Below are positions 25,498 to 39,060 of a DNA stretch of 64,000 nucleotides, piece by piece. Each line of letters opens with the position of its first letter. The first letter of the stretch is position 1. This stretch comes from Escherichia coli. Its GTDB lineage: Bacteria; Pseudomonadota; Gammaproteobacteria; Enterobacterales; Enterobacteriaceae. The stretch lies in the NCBI RefSeq assembly GCF_044324875.1, contig NZ_CP172185.1. The stretch is one strand, 5' to 3'. A program made the position numbers and the translations under genes. Under the pieces are notes generated by a model. The model saw only the letters and a program-made list of their open reading frames with translations. It searched no databases and had not been told where the DNA came from.

Positions 25498-28254
25498 TTA
25501 CCCGAGAATTTTGCTGGCTTCGCGCGCGACATTATCCATCTCGTCCAACAGTTCCAGCAGCTCCGGCTCCAAATCTTCTTCTTTAGTACCGCTACGTAGC
25601 TGTTGTTCGATCAGCTGGCAGAGATTCTTCATACGCGGCACACCGCTATAGCCGCAACTGCCATGCAGTTTATGAATCAAATCAACCAGGCCTTCCGGGT
25701 TTTCTCCAACCAGCTGTTCCTCAACTTTGTTGCGAACTTCAGGCAGGAAATCGAGTAACATTTGCAGCATATCGCGCGCTAAATCGGTTTTTCCTGCTGC
25801 CTGGCGTAGTGCCAGTTGCCAGTCGAGGGTCGCATTCGGGTTCACCACAATTTCGTTGACTTCGGGCGTCACGACGCGAGACGAAATACCGCTGCCAGGC
25901 TTGTAGCGCAACAACAAATTATGCAATCGCTCTTCTTCAATCGGTTTCGCCAGATAATCGCTCATCCCTGCGCCAAGCAGCTTCTCTTTTTGCCCGGCCA
26001 TTGCATGCGCCGTTACCGCGATAACTGGCGTTTGTTGCTGATGGGGGAGCTGGTGGATGAGTTCGCAGGCCCGAATGCCGTCCATGTCCGGCATTTGAAT
26101 ATCCATTAAGATCAAATCGAACGGCATCTGTTTCGCCCGTTCAACCGCCTGATGCCCGCTATCGCAAAGTTCCACATGTTGCACCATATCTTCCAGCAAT
26201 GCGCCGATAAGTTTCAGGTTAGCGGGGTTGTCATCAACCGCCATGACTGTCATTGCCAGCTTACTTTCATCGGTTACAGGCAAAAGCGTGTTTTGTTTGT
26301 GATGACAAAATTCCGTCAGGGCAGGTAACAGGCGCGTAGGTGTTAATGGTTTCAGCAGACACGCGCCGATACCATCTTGCTTAAGTTTTTCAGCATTGAC
26401 TTGTGCATGGCAAGGAAGTGCCAGCATCAGGAAATCGGTCATCGATACCGCTTTCGCTAATCGCTCATGTTGCATTGTTAGCGGCTCGCGGAAGGTCACC
26501 GCAATGCCTAATAACATCATGTCGTAATGCGCGGGAGGCAGCGCGGAGAACGTTGGGCTATAAACCACTTCCAGCGGCGTTTCACTTAAAATATCCAGCG
26601 TGCATTGCGCTGCTGCGGAGTTTGGTTCGACATAGGCCAGGCGCTTGCCGGCGAGGCACTGGGTGGATGGCCCTTCGATAATAATGTTCGGGTTCAGATC
26701 GAGATTAATGTGGAACCAGAAAGTTGAACCGCGATTCGGCTGGCTATGGAACGAAATATCGCCGCCCATTTCATTAACCAGTTTTTGTGTAATCACCAGC
26801 CCCAGCCCGGTGCCACCATGACGGCGGGAAATACTGGCATCAGCCTGTCGGAAGGCCTGGAATAAGCGCGATTGATCGCGTTCAGGAATACCAATGCCGG
26901 TATCCCGAATCTGCACTTCAATCTGCACTTTAGTATTACTCAGCGCACGTTTTTCTACCAGAATATCAATGTTGCCATTCTCGGTGAATTTAATTGCATT
27001 CCCTACCAGGTTAGTGATGATTTGCTGTAATCGCAGTGGGTCGCCAATTACGTTATCGGGCACGTCGCTCTTAATATTGAGCGTCAGTTCCAGCCCTTTA
27101 TCGTGAGAAGAATGTGCCAGCAGGGTAACGACTTCATCCAGCGTGCTGCGTAGTGGGAATGGAATACTTTCCAGAATCAGCTTACCTGCTTCCAGTTTCG
27201 AGAAGTCGAGAACATCATTAATAATTGCCAGCAAATTATTTGCCGAACGTTCAATCGTATTCAGGTGATCGCGCTGCGTTGGTGTTAATTCTGTTTTCAG
27301 CGTCAGGCGGGTAAAGCCAATAACACCATTCAGTGGTGTACGCAGCTCGTGTGACATATTTGCCAAAAACTCGGATTTAATACGCGCCGCTTCCTGGGCG
27401 CGCTTTTTCGCCAGATCCAACTCAACGTTCTGAATTTCCATCTGCTCCAGCGTTTCACGCAGATCGGACGTCGCCTGGTCGATATTGTGCTGCATCTCTT
27501 CGTGATAAGCAGCCAGCGACATTGCCATCGAGTTGATACCGTTTTTCAGCATATCCAGCTCGCCGAGCATAAATCCTTCCACCCGGCTGTCGAGTTGCCC
27601 GCGACGGATGCGGTCGACGGTATTCACCATGTTGCGAATCGGACCGGTTACATCGCGCATTAAGCGCCAGCCAAAAATAAGCGCAATACCGATACAAAAC
27701 AGCATCATCACGCTGGAAATAAAGATCTCTTTATATTGCTGCAAGCGAACCGATTTAAGATCCAGCTCCAGCGCAATATATCCCAGCATATTTTGACTAT
27801 TTTTGGCATCGCTACTGGGCGATTCGTCGGGGGAGTAACTCTCAGAAATAATCGGCGTGCGGAGGATCATAATATCGCCGTCACGAGTGACAGTGAGCTG
27901 GCGAGGAAACGGCACGTTGCTGCCGAGCTGCATTGATGAAGGATCAAGATGAAAATTGGAGGTGACAAAGAGTCGGTTATTTTCATCATAAACCGAAATC
28001 GCGCGAACAATATCGGAATGGCGACGATGCAGTACGCTTATTAACTGACCGATAGATTCGCGATTTTGCAGGCTCATGCCATATTCAGTAGAAACTGCAA
28101 GCGGCTCAATAATGCTGGCTCCGGCATCTTCCAGTTGACGCTGCAAGTCGTTATAGCGATGCACAACGAAAAAGATACTCAGCAATAAACCAATAAGGAC
28201 GGTCGGTGCCAGGATCAGAATCATCATGCGTGCGCGCAGGCTGTAGTTGGTCAT
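25498..28254 (-). CDS. barA: Hybrid sensor histidine kinase BarA (HAMP-HisKA-HATPase-REC-HPt)
   Basis: 918 aa; H-box [11 protein letters not shown] domain and C-terminal HPt. Confidence 0.95.
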
Positions 28255-28310
28255 GGAGTTCCGTTATGGGACAATTAAGGTCACACTGTTAAATTGAGAA
28301 AGTCTCGCCA

Positions 28311-29612
28311 ATGGCGCAATTCTACTCTGCAAAACGACGCACGACGACGCGTCAGATCATAACTGTTTCAGTCAACGACCTCGACTCTTTTGGTCAGGGC
28401 GTGGCGCGACATAACGGCAAAGCGTTATTTATTCCTGGATTACTGCCACAGGAAAACGCGGAAGTTACTGTTACTGAAGATAAAAAACAGTATGCCCGCG
28501 CTAAAGTCGTGCGCCGGTTAAGCGATAGCCCGGAACGCGAAACGCCACGCTGCCCTCATTTTGGCGTATGCGGTGGCTGTCAGCAACAACACGCCAGCGT
28601 GGATTTACAGCAGCGAAGCAAAAGTGCGGCACTCGCCCGATTAATGAAACACGAAGTCTCTGAAGTGATCGCCGATGTTCCCTGGGGCTATCGCCGTCGC
28701 GCGCGTTTAAGTTTGAACTACTTACCGAAAACACAGCAACTTCAGATGGGGTTTCGCAAAGCGGGCTCCAGTGACATTGTCGACGTTAAACAATGCCCCA
28801 TTTTAGTGCCCCAACTTGAAGCATTGCTGCCCAAAGTCAGGGCATGCCTGGACAGCTTACAAGCTATGCGCCATCTTGGTCATGTTGAACTGGTACAGGC
28901 AACCAGCGGCACGCTGATGATTTTGCGCCATACCGCACCGCTAAGTTCGGCTGATCGCGAAAAACTGGAACGCTTTTCGCATTCTGAAGGCCTGGATCTG
29001 TATCTCGCCCCCGATAGTGAGATACTCGAAACCGTCGCTGGTGAGATGCCCTGGTATGACTCAAACAGGTTGCGCTTAACTTTTAGCCCGCGCGATTTTA
29101 TTCAGGTCAATGCGGGTGTGAACCAAAAAATGGTAGCGCGTGCGTTGGAATGGCTGGATGTGCAACCTGAAGATCGCGTACTGGATTTGTTCTGCGGTAT
29201 GGGCAACTTTACACTGCCATTAGCGACACAAGCTGCCAGTGTGGTGGGTGTAGAAGGTGTTCCGGCGCTGGTGGAAAAAGGCCAGCAGAATGCGCGTCTT
29301 AATGGCTTACACAATGTGACGTTTTATCACGAAAATCTTGAAGAAGATGTCACAAAGCAGCCGTGGGCGAAAAACGGCTTCGATAAAGTGTTGCTGGACC
29401 CGGCGCGAGCAGGTGCCGCAGGTGTTATGCAGCAAATTATAAAACTGGAACCTATTCGTATAGTTTATGTATCCTGTAACCCTGCAACGCTGGCTCGGGA
29501 TAGCGAAGCGTTATTAAAAGCAGGATATACCATTGCGCGACTGGCGATGCTGGATATGTTCCCACACACGGGACATCTGGAATCGATGGTACTTTTCTCG
29601 CGCGTTAAATAG
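28311..29612 (+). CDS. rlmD: 23S rRNA (uracil1939-C5)-methyltransferase RlmD (RumA)
   Basis: 433 aa; TRAM domain plus Cys4 Fe-S cluster plus SAM MTase. Confidence 0.9.
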   Translation: MAQFYSAKRRTTTRQIITVSVNDLDSFGQGVARHNGKALFIPGLLPQENAEVTVTEDKKQYARAKVVRRLSDSPERETPRCPHFGVCGGCQQQHASVDLQQRSKSAALARLMKHEVSEVIADVPWGYRRRARLSLNYLPKTQQLQMGFRKAGSSDIVDVKQCPILVPQLEALLPKVRACLDSLQAMRHLGHVELVQATSGTLMILRHTAPLSSADREKLERFSHSEGLDLYLAPDSEILETVAGEMPWYDSNRLRLTFSPRDFIQVNAGVNQKMVARALEWLDVQPEDRVLDLFCGMGNFTLPLATQAASVVGVEGVPALVEKGQQNARLNGLHNVTFYHENLEEDVTKQPWAKNGFDKVLLDPARAGAAGVMQQIIKLEPIRIVYVSCNPATLARDSEALLKAGYTIARLAMLDMFPHTGHLESMVLFSRVK

Positions 29613-29659
29613 TTGCGATTTGCCGATTTCGGCAGGTCTGGTCCCTAAAGGAGAGGACG

Positions 29660-31894
29660 ATGGTTGCGGTAAGAAGTGCACATATCAATAAGGCTGGTGA
29701 ATTTGATCCGGAAAAATGGATCGCAAGTCTGGGTATTACCAGCCAGAAGTCGTGTGAGTGCTTAGCCGAAACCTGGGCGTATTGTCTGCAACAGACGCAG
29801 GGGCATCCGGATGCCAGTCTGTTATTGTGGCGTGGTGTTGAGATGGTGGAGATCCTCTCGACATTAAGTATGGACATTGACACGCTGCGGGCGGCGCTGC
29901 TGTTCCCTCTGGCGGATGCCAACGTAGTCAGCGAAGATGTGCTGCGTGAGAGCGTCGGTAAGTCGGTCGTTAACCTTATTCACGGCGTGCGTGATATGGC
30001 GGCGATCCGCCAGCTGAAAGCGACGCATACCGATTCTGTTTCCTCCGAACAGGTCGATAACGTTCGCCGGATGTTATTGGCGATGGTCGATGATTTTCGC
30101 TGCGTGGTCATCAAACTGGCAGAGCGTATTGCTCATCTGCGCGAAGTAAAAGACGCGCCGGAAGATGAACGCGTACTGGCGGCAAAAGAGTGCACCAATA
30201 TCTACGCGCCGTTGGCGAACCGTCTTGGGATTGGACAACTGAAATGGGAGCTGGAAGATTACTGCTTCCGTTATCTCCACCCGACCGAATACAAACGCAT
30301 CGCAAAACTGCTGCATGAACGCCGTCTCGACCGCGAACACTATATCGAAGAGTTTGTCGGCCATCTGCGCGCTGAGATGAAAGCTGAAGGCGTTAAAGCT
30401 GAAGTGTATGGTCGTCCGAAACACATCTACAGCATCTGGCGCAAAATGCAGAAAAAGAACCTCGCCTTCGATGAGCTGTTTGATGTGCGTGCGGTACGTA
30501 TTGTCGCCGAGCGTTTACAGGATTGTTATGCCGCACTGGGGATAGTGCACACTCACTATCGCCACCTGCCGGATGAGTTTGACGATTACGTCGCTAACCC
30601 GAAACCAAACGGTTATCAGTCTATTCATACCGTGGTTCTGGGACCAGGTGGCAAAACCGTTGAGATCCAAATCCGCACTAAACAGATGCATGAAGATGCA
30701 GAGTTGGGTGTTGCTGCGCACTGGAAATATAAAGAGGGCGCGGCAGCTGGCGGCGCACGTTCGGGACATGAAGACCGGATTGCCTGGCTGCGTAAACTGA
30801 TTGCGTGGCAGGAAGAGATGGCTGATTCCGGCGAAATGCTCGACGAAGTACGCAGCCAGGTATTTGACGACCGGGTGTATGTCTTTACGCCGAAAGGTGA
30901 TGTCATTGATTTGCCTGCGGGATCAACACCGCTGGACTTCGCTTACCACATCCACAGTGATGTCGGACACCGCTGCATCGGGGCAAAAATTGGCGGGCGC
31001 ATTGTGCCGTTCACCTACCAGCTGCAGATGGGCGACCAGATTGAAATTATCACCCAGAAACAGCCGAACCCCAGCCGTGACTGGTTAAACCCAAACCTCG
31101 GTTACGTCACAACCAGCCGTGGGCGTTCGAAAATTCACGCCTGGTTCCGTAAACAGGACCGTGACAAAAACGTTCTGGCTGGGCGGCAAATCCTTGACGA
31201 CGAGCTGGAACATCTGGGGATCAGCCTGAAAGAAGCAGAAAAACATCTGCTGCCGCGTTACAACTTCAATGATGTCGACGAGTTGCTGGCGGCGATTGGT
31301 GGCGGGGATATCCGTCTCAATCAGATGGTGAACTTCCTGCAATCGCAATTTAATAAGCCGAGTGCCGAAGAGCAGGACGCCGCCGCGCTGAAGCAACTTC
31401 AGCAAAAAAGCTACACGCCGCAAAACCGCAGTAAAGATAACGGTCGTGTGGTGGTTGAAGGTGTCGGTAACCTGATGCACCACATCGCGCGCTGCTGCCA
31501 GCCGATTCCTGGAGATGAGATTGTCGGCTTCATTACCCAGGGACGCGGTATTTCAGTACACCGCGCCGATTGCGAACAACTGGCGGAACTGCGCTCCCAT
31601 GCGCCAGAACGCATTGTTGACGCGGTATGGGGTGAGAGCTACTCCGCCGGATATTCGCTGGTGGTCCGCGTGGTGGCTAATGATCGTAGTGGGTTGTTAC
31701 GTGATATCACGACCATTCTTGCCAACGAGAAGGTGAACGTACTTGGCGTTGCCAGCCGTAGCGACACCAAACAGCAACTGGCGACCATCGACATGACCAT
31801 TGAGATTTACAACCTGCAAGTGCTGGGGCGCGTGCTGGGTAAACTCAACCAGGTGCCGGATGTTATCGACGCGCGTCGGTTGCACGGGAGTTAG
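29660..31894 (+). CDS. relA: GTP pyrophosphokinase RelA ((p)ppGpp synthetase I)
   Basis: 744 aa. Confidence 0.95.
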   Translation: MVAVRSAHINKAGEFDPEKWIASLGITSQKSCECLAETWAYCLQQTQGHPDASLLLWRGVEMVEILSTLSMDIDTLRAALLFPLADANVVSEDVLRESVGKSVVNLIHGVRDMAAIRQLKATHTDSVSSEQVDNVRRMLLAMVDDFRCVVIKLAERIAHLREVKDAPEDERVLAAKECTNIYAPLANRLGIGQLKWELEDYCFRYLHPTEYKRIAKLLHERRLDREHYIEEFVGHLRAEMKAEGVKAEVYGRPKHIYSIWRKMQKKNLAFDELFDVRAVRIVAERLQDCYAALGIVHTHYRHLPDEFDDYVANPKPNGYQSIHTVVLGPGGKTVEIQIRTKQMHEDAELGVAAHWKYKEGAAAGGARSGHEDRIAWLRKLIAWQEEMADSGEMLDEVRSQVFDDRVYVFTPKGDVIDLPAGSTPLDFAYHIHSDVGHRCIGAKIGGRIVPFTYQLQMGDQIEIITQKQPNPSRDWLNPNLGYVTTSRGRSKIHAWFRKQDRDKNVLAGRQILDDELEHLGISLKEAEKHLLPRYNFNDVDELLAAIGGGDIRLNQMVNFLQSQFNKPSAEEQDAAALKQLQQKSYTPQNRSKDNGRVVVEGVGNLMHHIARCCQPIPGDEIVGFITQGRGISVHRADCEQLAELRSHAPERIVDAVWGESYSAGYSLVVRVVANDRSGLLRDITTILANEKVNVLGVASRSDTKQQLATIDMTIEIYNLQVLGRVLGKLNQVPDVIDARRLHGS

Positions 31895-31989
31895 TCTTAC
31901 ATAGCTGGATATGGCGTCAGCCGTATCCAGCGATATCTTTTACTCGAAGGTATTACACCTGACAGACCCGCAATTTTCAGGACAATTCA

Positions 31990-32781
31990 ATGAATCAAAT
32001 CGACCGTTTGCTCACTATTATGCAGCGCCTGCGCGACCCGGAAAACGGCTGCCCGTGGGATAAAGAGCAGACATTTGCCACCATTGCGCCTTACACCCTT
32101 GAAGAAACCTACGAAGTGCTGGACGCCATCGCCCGTGAAGATTTTGACGATCTTCGCGGTGAACTGGGCGATCTGCTATTCCAGGTGGTGTTTTACGCGC
32201 AAATGGCTCAGGAAGAAGGGCGCTTTGACTTTAATGATATTTGCGCTGCTATTAGCGATAAATTAGAGCGTCGCCATCCGCATGTTTTTGCTGACAGTTC
32301 TGCCGAAAACAGTAGTGAAGTGCTTACCCGTTGGGAGCAAATCAAAACCGAAGAGCGCGCGCAGAAAGCGCAGCATTCAGCGCTGGACGATATTCCTCGT
32401 AGTTTACCGGCTTTAATGCGTGCGCAAAAAATCCAGAAACGTTGCGCCAACGTTGGTTTCGACTGGACGACGCTTGGTCCGGTAGTCGATAAAGTCTACG
32501 AAGAGATCGACGAGGTGATGTACGAGGCGCGGCAGGCTGTTATCGACCAGGCTAAACTGGAGGAGGAAATGGGTGACCTGCTGTTTGCCACGGTCAACAT
32601 GGCACGCCATTTAGGGACAAAAGCAGAGATTGCACTACAAAAAGCCAATGAAAAATTCGAGCGCCGTTTTCGCGAAGTGGAGCGTATTGTTGCCGCGCGT
32701 GGACTGGAAATGACAGGTGTTGACCTCGAAACAATGGAAGAAGTCTGGCAACAGGTAAAACGGCAGGAAATTGATCTCTAA
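31990..32781 (+). CDS. mazG: Nucleoside triphosphate pyrophosphohydrolase MazG
   Basis: 263 aa; tandem MazG domains. Confidence 0.9.
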   Translation: MNQIDRLLTIMQRLRDPENGCPWDKEQTFATIAPYTLEETYEVLDAIAREDFDDLRGELGDLLFQVVFYAQMAQEEGRFDFNDICAAISDKLERRHPHVFADSSAENSSEVLTRWEQIKTEERAQKAQHSALDDIPRSLPALMRAQKIQKRCANVGFDWTTLGPVVDKVYEEIDEVMYEARQAVIDQAKLEEEMGDLLFATVNMARHLGTKAEIALQKANEKFERRFREVERIVAARGLEMTGVDLETMEEVWQQVKRQEIDL

Positions 32782-32993
32782 GGGAATTACGTGGTCAAGC
32801 GCGATTTGTGTCATTTTTTAAATGACAAGCGCTTGATTTGCGTCAAAAACATTTACCCCAAAGGGGCTATTTTCTCACTCCTGATTTCAATAGTGCGCTG
32901 GCGAAGAGGAGGGATAATGAAAGTTTGTGGCACAGGTCATGTTCGGGTATACTGCTTTCCCGTCCTGGTTATTCCATCGTCTTTTCAACCTAA

Positions 32994-34646
<1,653 letters not shown>

Positions 34647-34718
34647 GTAAAAAAGTTAGAACGGCAACGCGTACCCTGGGTACGCGTTGTTTGTCTGGAG
34701 TTTCAGTTTAACTAGTGA

Positions 34719-36032
<1,314 letters not shown>

Positions 36033-36050
36033 GTCTGACTTTATCTGATT

Positions 36051-36084
36051 AAAAAATGCCAGCCTTCGGGCTGGCATTTTTTAT
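36051..36084. terminator. Bidirectional rho-independent terminator between convergent eno and the TPM operon (A6-TGCCAGCC-TTCG-GGCTGGCA-T6)
   Basis: 8-bp GC stem with a tetraloop, flanked by an A-run and a T-run. Confidence 0.75.
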
Positions 36085-36091
36085 GGTTGAG

Positions 36092-36985
36092 TTACCAGCG
36101 ACCGGACGCGCCGCCACCGCCAGAAGAACCGCCCCCGCCGCTAAATCCGCCGCCACTTGAGCCGCCACCGGAAGAGGATGAAGAAGAACCTTTTCTTGAA
36201 GCTCTTTCTTTACTGAGTTTTTTGTATTTGGCGCGTAGCTTTTTATTAACGATAAGCCAAAAAATAACCAGTGGTACGATAGCAAAAGGCGTGAGCATAC
36301 CGCAGGCAACGATTAAATTCGTCCATGGTCCTGGCTCGGCAACATAGAGGAATACCATCCCATAAATTCCGCCAGTCAGTGCTATCCAGGGTAAATTCGA
36401 CGGATCGGTAAAAACAATAAAATATGAAAGTACCGCCAGCAATATAATTACAGCAAGCGATAATGGAATAGGGGGATTGATACTGTAATAATCCCCCCTG
36501 TCTTCCGGTAATTCACCATTCAACAGAAGCGCTCCGATATTTTCGCTTGCCAGTGTTAACCCACCCATCAAGTCATCACTTTTGAAGGCTGGGATTAATA
36601 TATTACGGATAATCTTCGCTGCTTGCAGATCGGTAACCACCCCTTCCAGCCCGTAGCCCACTTCTATACGGACAGCATGATCTTCCCAGGCAACCAGCAG
36701 TAAAATACCATCGTTTCGCTGCTTATCTCCCAGTTTCCAGCTATCAAAAACGCGTGTTGCATATTGTTCAATGGTATCGTCTCCGGTGGATGGCACTATT
36801 AATACGGCGACCTGGGCCCGTGTTTTTTGTGTGATATCCTGCAGCTGTTGTGTCAGTGATTGTTGTTCAGACGTGCTTAACGTACCAGTAATATCGGTCA
36901 CCTGTTGGCGCAGCTCCGGCACAGCAATTTGCTGGGCAAGCCCAGGAAGGCACCATAAAGTAAGTAGAAAAAAGATTAAGCGCAT
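36092..36985 (-). CDS. TPM-domain (YgcG-like) membrane protein, paralog A: signal peptide, periplasmic TPM domain, 3 TM helices, Lys-rich segment, Gly/Ser tail ending SGRW
   Basis: 297 aa; TPM core NDGILLLVAWEDHAVRIEVGYGLEGVVTD; C-terminus GGGSSGGGFSGGGGSSGGGGASGRW. Confidence 0.85.
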   Translation of the reverse strand: MRLIFFLLTLWCLPGLAQQIAVPELRQQVTDITGTLSTSEQQSLTQQLQDITQKTRAQVAVLIVPSTGDDTIEQYATRVFDSWKLGDKQRNDGILLLVAWEDHAVRIEVGYGLEGVVTDLQAAKIIRNILIPAFKSDDLMGGLTLASENIGALLLNGELPEDRGDYYSINPPIPLSLAVIILLAVLSYFIVFTDPSNLPWIALTGGIYGMVFLYVAEPGPWTNLIVACGMLTPFAIVPLVIFWLIVNKKLRAKYKKLSKERASRKGSSSSSSGGGSSGGGFSGGGGSSGGGGASGRW

Positions 36986-36990
36986 AATGA

Positions 36991-38139
36991 TTACCAGCGT
37001 CCGGATGAACCGCCGCCTCCTGAAGAACCACCACCACCGCGGAAAGAATTTCTCGACGAAGAGCGAGAATGAGCATTACGATTCCCCGTTTTCCTGTTGC
37101 TTTTTTCTCCTGACCCCAGTTTAAGATTGCCAGTAAATTTGGCCACAATGATCAGCAGAACTATGCCAGCAATGGTTATTGGGCCGATAAAATGATCAAT
37201 TAGCCCAATAATTGTTGAGATGAATGCAATATCTTTATTACTGGCGAACACCAGGCACCATCCCACAATAATTATCAGCATCACGACAAACAATGAATTT
37301 CGTCCTGATTCACGAACCTGCGGAGTCTTCTTTTGTTTTTTCACTTTAGTGTTTTTATTTTTGGGGGCCAGCATCATAGGAAATGCGCGGCACATATTAA
37401 AAACTACCGCGAGACGCTGCCAGCAGGTTGTTGCTAACAATAAACTAAAACAAACGACCGATACCCGCCGAATGATGACATCGTCCTGAAAGGAGAAAAA
37501 CCAGACCATAGGGGTAATCATCGATATCATCCATATGCCACGCCCTGGGCGGCTGGCAAATCGCCAGAGGACAACGATGGCAACGATCATCAGCAGTGTC
37601 CAGGCAAGACAAGGCAGCGAACGTTGCGGATTAGCAAACAGATGATTGGCTAAAGCATCCAAAGGGCTAAGGTTCGCTTTGATATGGGTAAACTGTGCGA
37701 TGCTTTCAATTCCGCCCGTTAATCCAGCAAAGAGATTGTTTTTTTCGAATTCTGGCTGCATATGGTAACGAACAATTTGCGCAGCTTGTTCCGGCGGCAA
37801 CATCTGTTCCAGTCCATGTCCAATCTTCATTGACGCCAGCCCTTCCGGCCATACGACGAGAATTAAGATACCTTCGCCATATCGCTTCTCTCCAACGGGT
37901 TTCCAGTGATATACCCCGTATCTCTGCGAGGCTGCAAGTTTAATGTTTTTGCCCCCTGTGGTCGGCGTGACCAACACGGCCACCTGGAAGTGGTTTTGCT
38001 GCACGAGAGTCTGTAATTGTTGAGTTAAAGCAGTTTGTTCTTCTGTCGTTAATGTCCCGGTTAAGTCAGTTACTGAAGGCAATTGTTCAGCGAATACCTG
38101 AAAACCGCATAGCATCAGAAGTAAGAGAAAAATACGCAT
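36991..38139 (-). CDS. TPM-domain membrane protein, divergent paralog B, with extended polytopic membrane region and Gly/Ser-SGRW tail
   Basis: 382 aa; signal peptide, divergent TPM-like domain (GILILVVWPEGLASMKIGHGLE), at least 4 TM helices, tail GGGGSSGGGGSSGRW; SD aaggaa upstream. Confidence 0.8.
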   Translation of the reverse strand: MRIFLLLLMLCGFQVFAEQLPSVTDLTGTLTTEEQTALTQQLQTLVQQNHFQVAVLVTPTTGGKNIKLAASQRYGVYHWKPVGEKRYGEGILILVVWPEGLASMKIGHGLEQMLPPEQAAQIVRYHMQPEFEKNNLFAGLTGGIESIAQFTHIKANLSPLDALANHLFANPQRSLPCLAWTLLMIVAIVVLWRFASRPGRGIWMISMITPMVWFFSFQDDVIIRRVSVVCFSLLLATTCWQRLAVVFNMCRAFPMMLAPKNKNTKVKKQKKTPQVRESGRNSLFVVMLIIIVGWCLVFASNKDIAFISTIIGLIDHFIGPITIAGIVLLIIVAKFTGNLKLGSGEKSNRKTGNRNAHSRSSSRNSFRGGGGSSGGGGSSGRW

Positions 38140-38153
38140 ATCAATTCCTTTTG

Positions 38154-39047
38154 TTACCAGCGCCCGGAAGCGCCACCGCCACCAGATGAACCGCCACCAC
38201 CGCTGAAATTGTCATTGTTGAATGAAGAGGATGACGATGATGAATAGTGGGAGGAAGAATTGCTTCTTGTATGGCGTGATGGCTGGTTGGCATCACGCAT
38301 CGAATCCCGAACCTTTTTGCCGAAGGGGGTAAAAGCGATGGCGACAGCCAGGAACGGTGTGGCGAAGCAGAGTAATGTTGCGAGTACTCCCCAGCTTCCG
38401 CTGAAGCCTGCTATAGGTAAAACAAAGGCCAGTACAATAGCTGCGAAGCAAATTACTCCCAGCGTTTTGATATATCCTCTGGCAGAAATAAACGTCAGTA
38501 CTATCGCCCAGACTAACAAAGCCCACCAACCGCTAAAAGGCAAAGGGTGATCGGTCGGTGTTATCGTTGCTAAATTATTCCCCGTCAGACGACTTTCAAT
38601 ATCGCTGATTCCCTTTTGCAAACCACCAGCCAGGTCCCCTTTTTTAAATGCCGGAATAATACTGTTGCGAATAATTTTCCCGGACTGTGCATCCGTAATA
38701 ATACCTTCCAGTCCGTAACCGATTTCAATACGCACGGTATGATCCTGCCAGGCGACTAACAGTAGAACGCCATCATCGTGGTCTTTATCACCCGGTTTCC
38801 AGCTATCGAATACCCGCGTTGCGTACTGCTCGATGGTTTCATCGCCTGTTGTTTCAACCACTAACACGACCAACTGTGCGTTGTTTTTTTGCGTCAGGGC
38901 TTTAATCTGGTTGGTCAGGGTGTTTACTTCACTGTTTGTCAATGTGCCGGTTAAGTCATTCACATACCTGGGTGATTCAGGTACTGGAATTTGTGTGGCA
39001 AACACAGATGAACAGAAGAAAGCCATAAGGAAGATAAAATTTCGCAT
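38154..39047 (-). CDS. TPM-domain (YgcG-like) membrane protein, paralog C, with Gly/Ser-SGRW tail
   Basis: ORF track gives 38154..39077; preferred start is ATG 39047 (MRNFIFLMAFFCSSVFA signal peptide) with SD ggggaag; TPM core DDGVLLLVAWQDHTVRIEIGYGLEGIITD. Confidence 0.85.
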   Translation of the reverse strand: MRNFIFLMAFFCSSVFATQIPVPESPRYVNDLTGTLTNSEVNTLTNQIKALTQKNNAQLVVLVVETTGDETIEQYATRVFDSWKPGDKDHDDGVLLLVAWQDHTVRIEIGYGLEGIITDAQSGKIIRNSIIPAFKKGDLAGGLQKGISDIESRLTGNNLATITPTDHPLPFSGWWALLVWAIVLTFISARGYIKTLGVICFAAIVLAFVLPIAGFSGSWGVLATLLCFATPFLAVAIAFTPFGKKVRDSMRDANQPSRHTRSNSSSHYSSSSSSSFNNDNFSGGGGSSGGGGASGRW

Positions 39048-39060
39048 ATAACTTCCCCGC

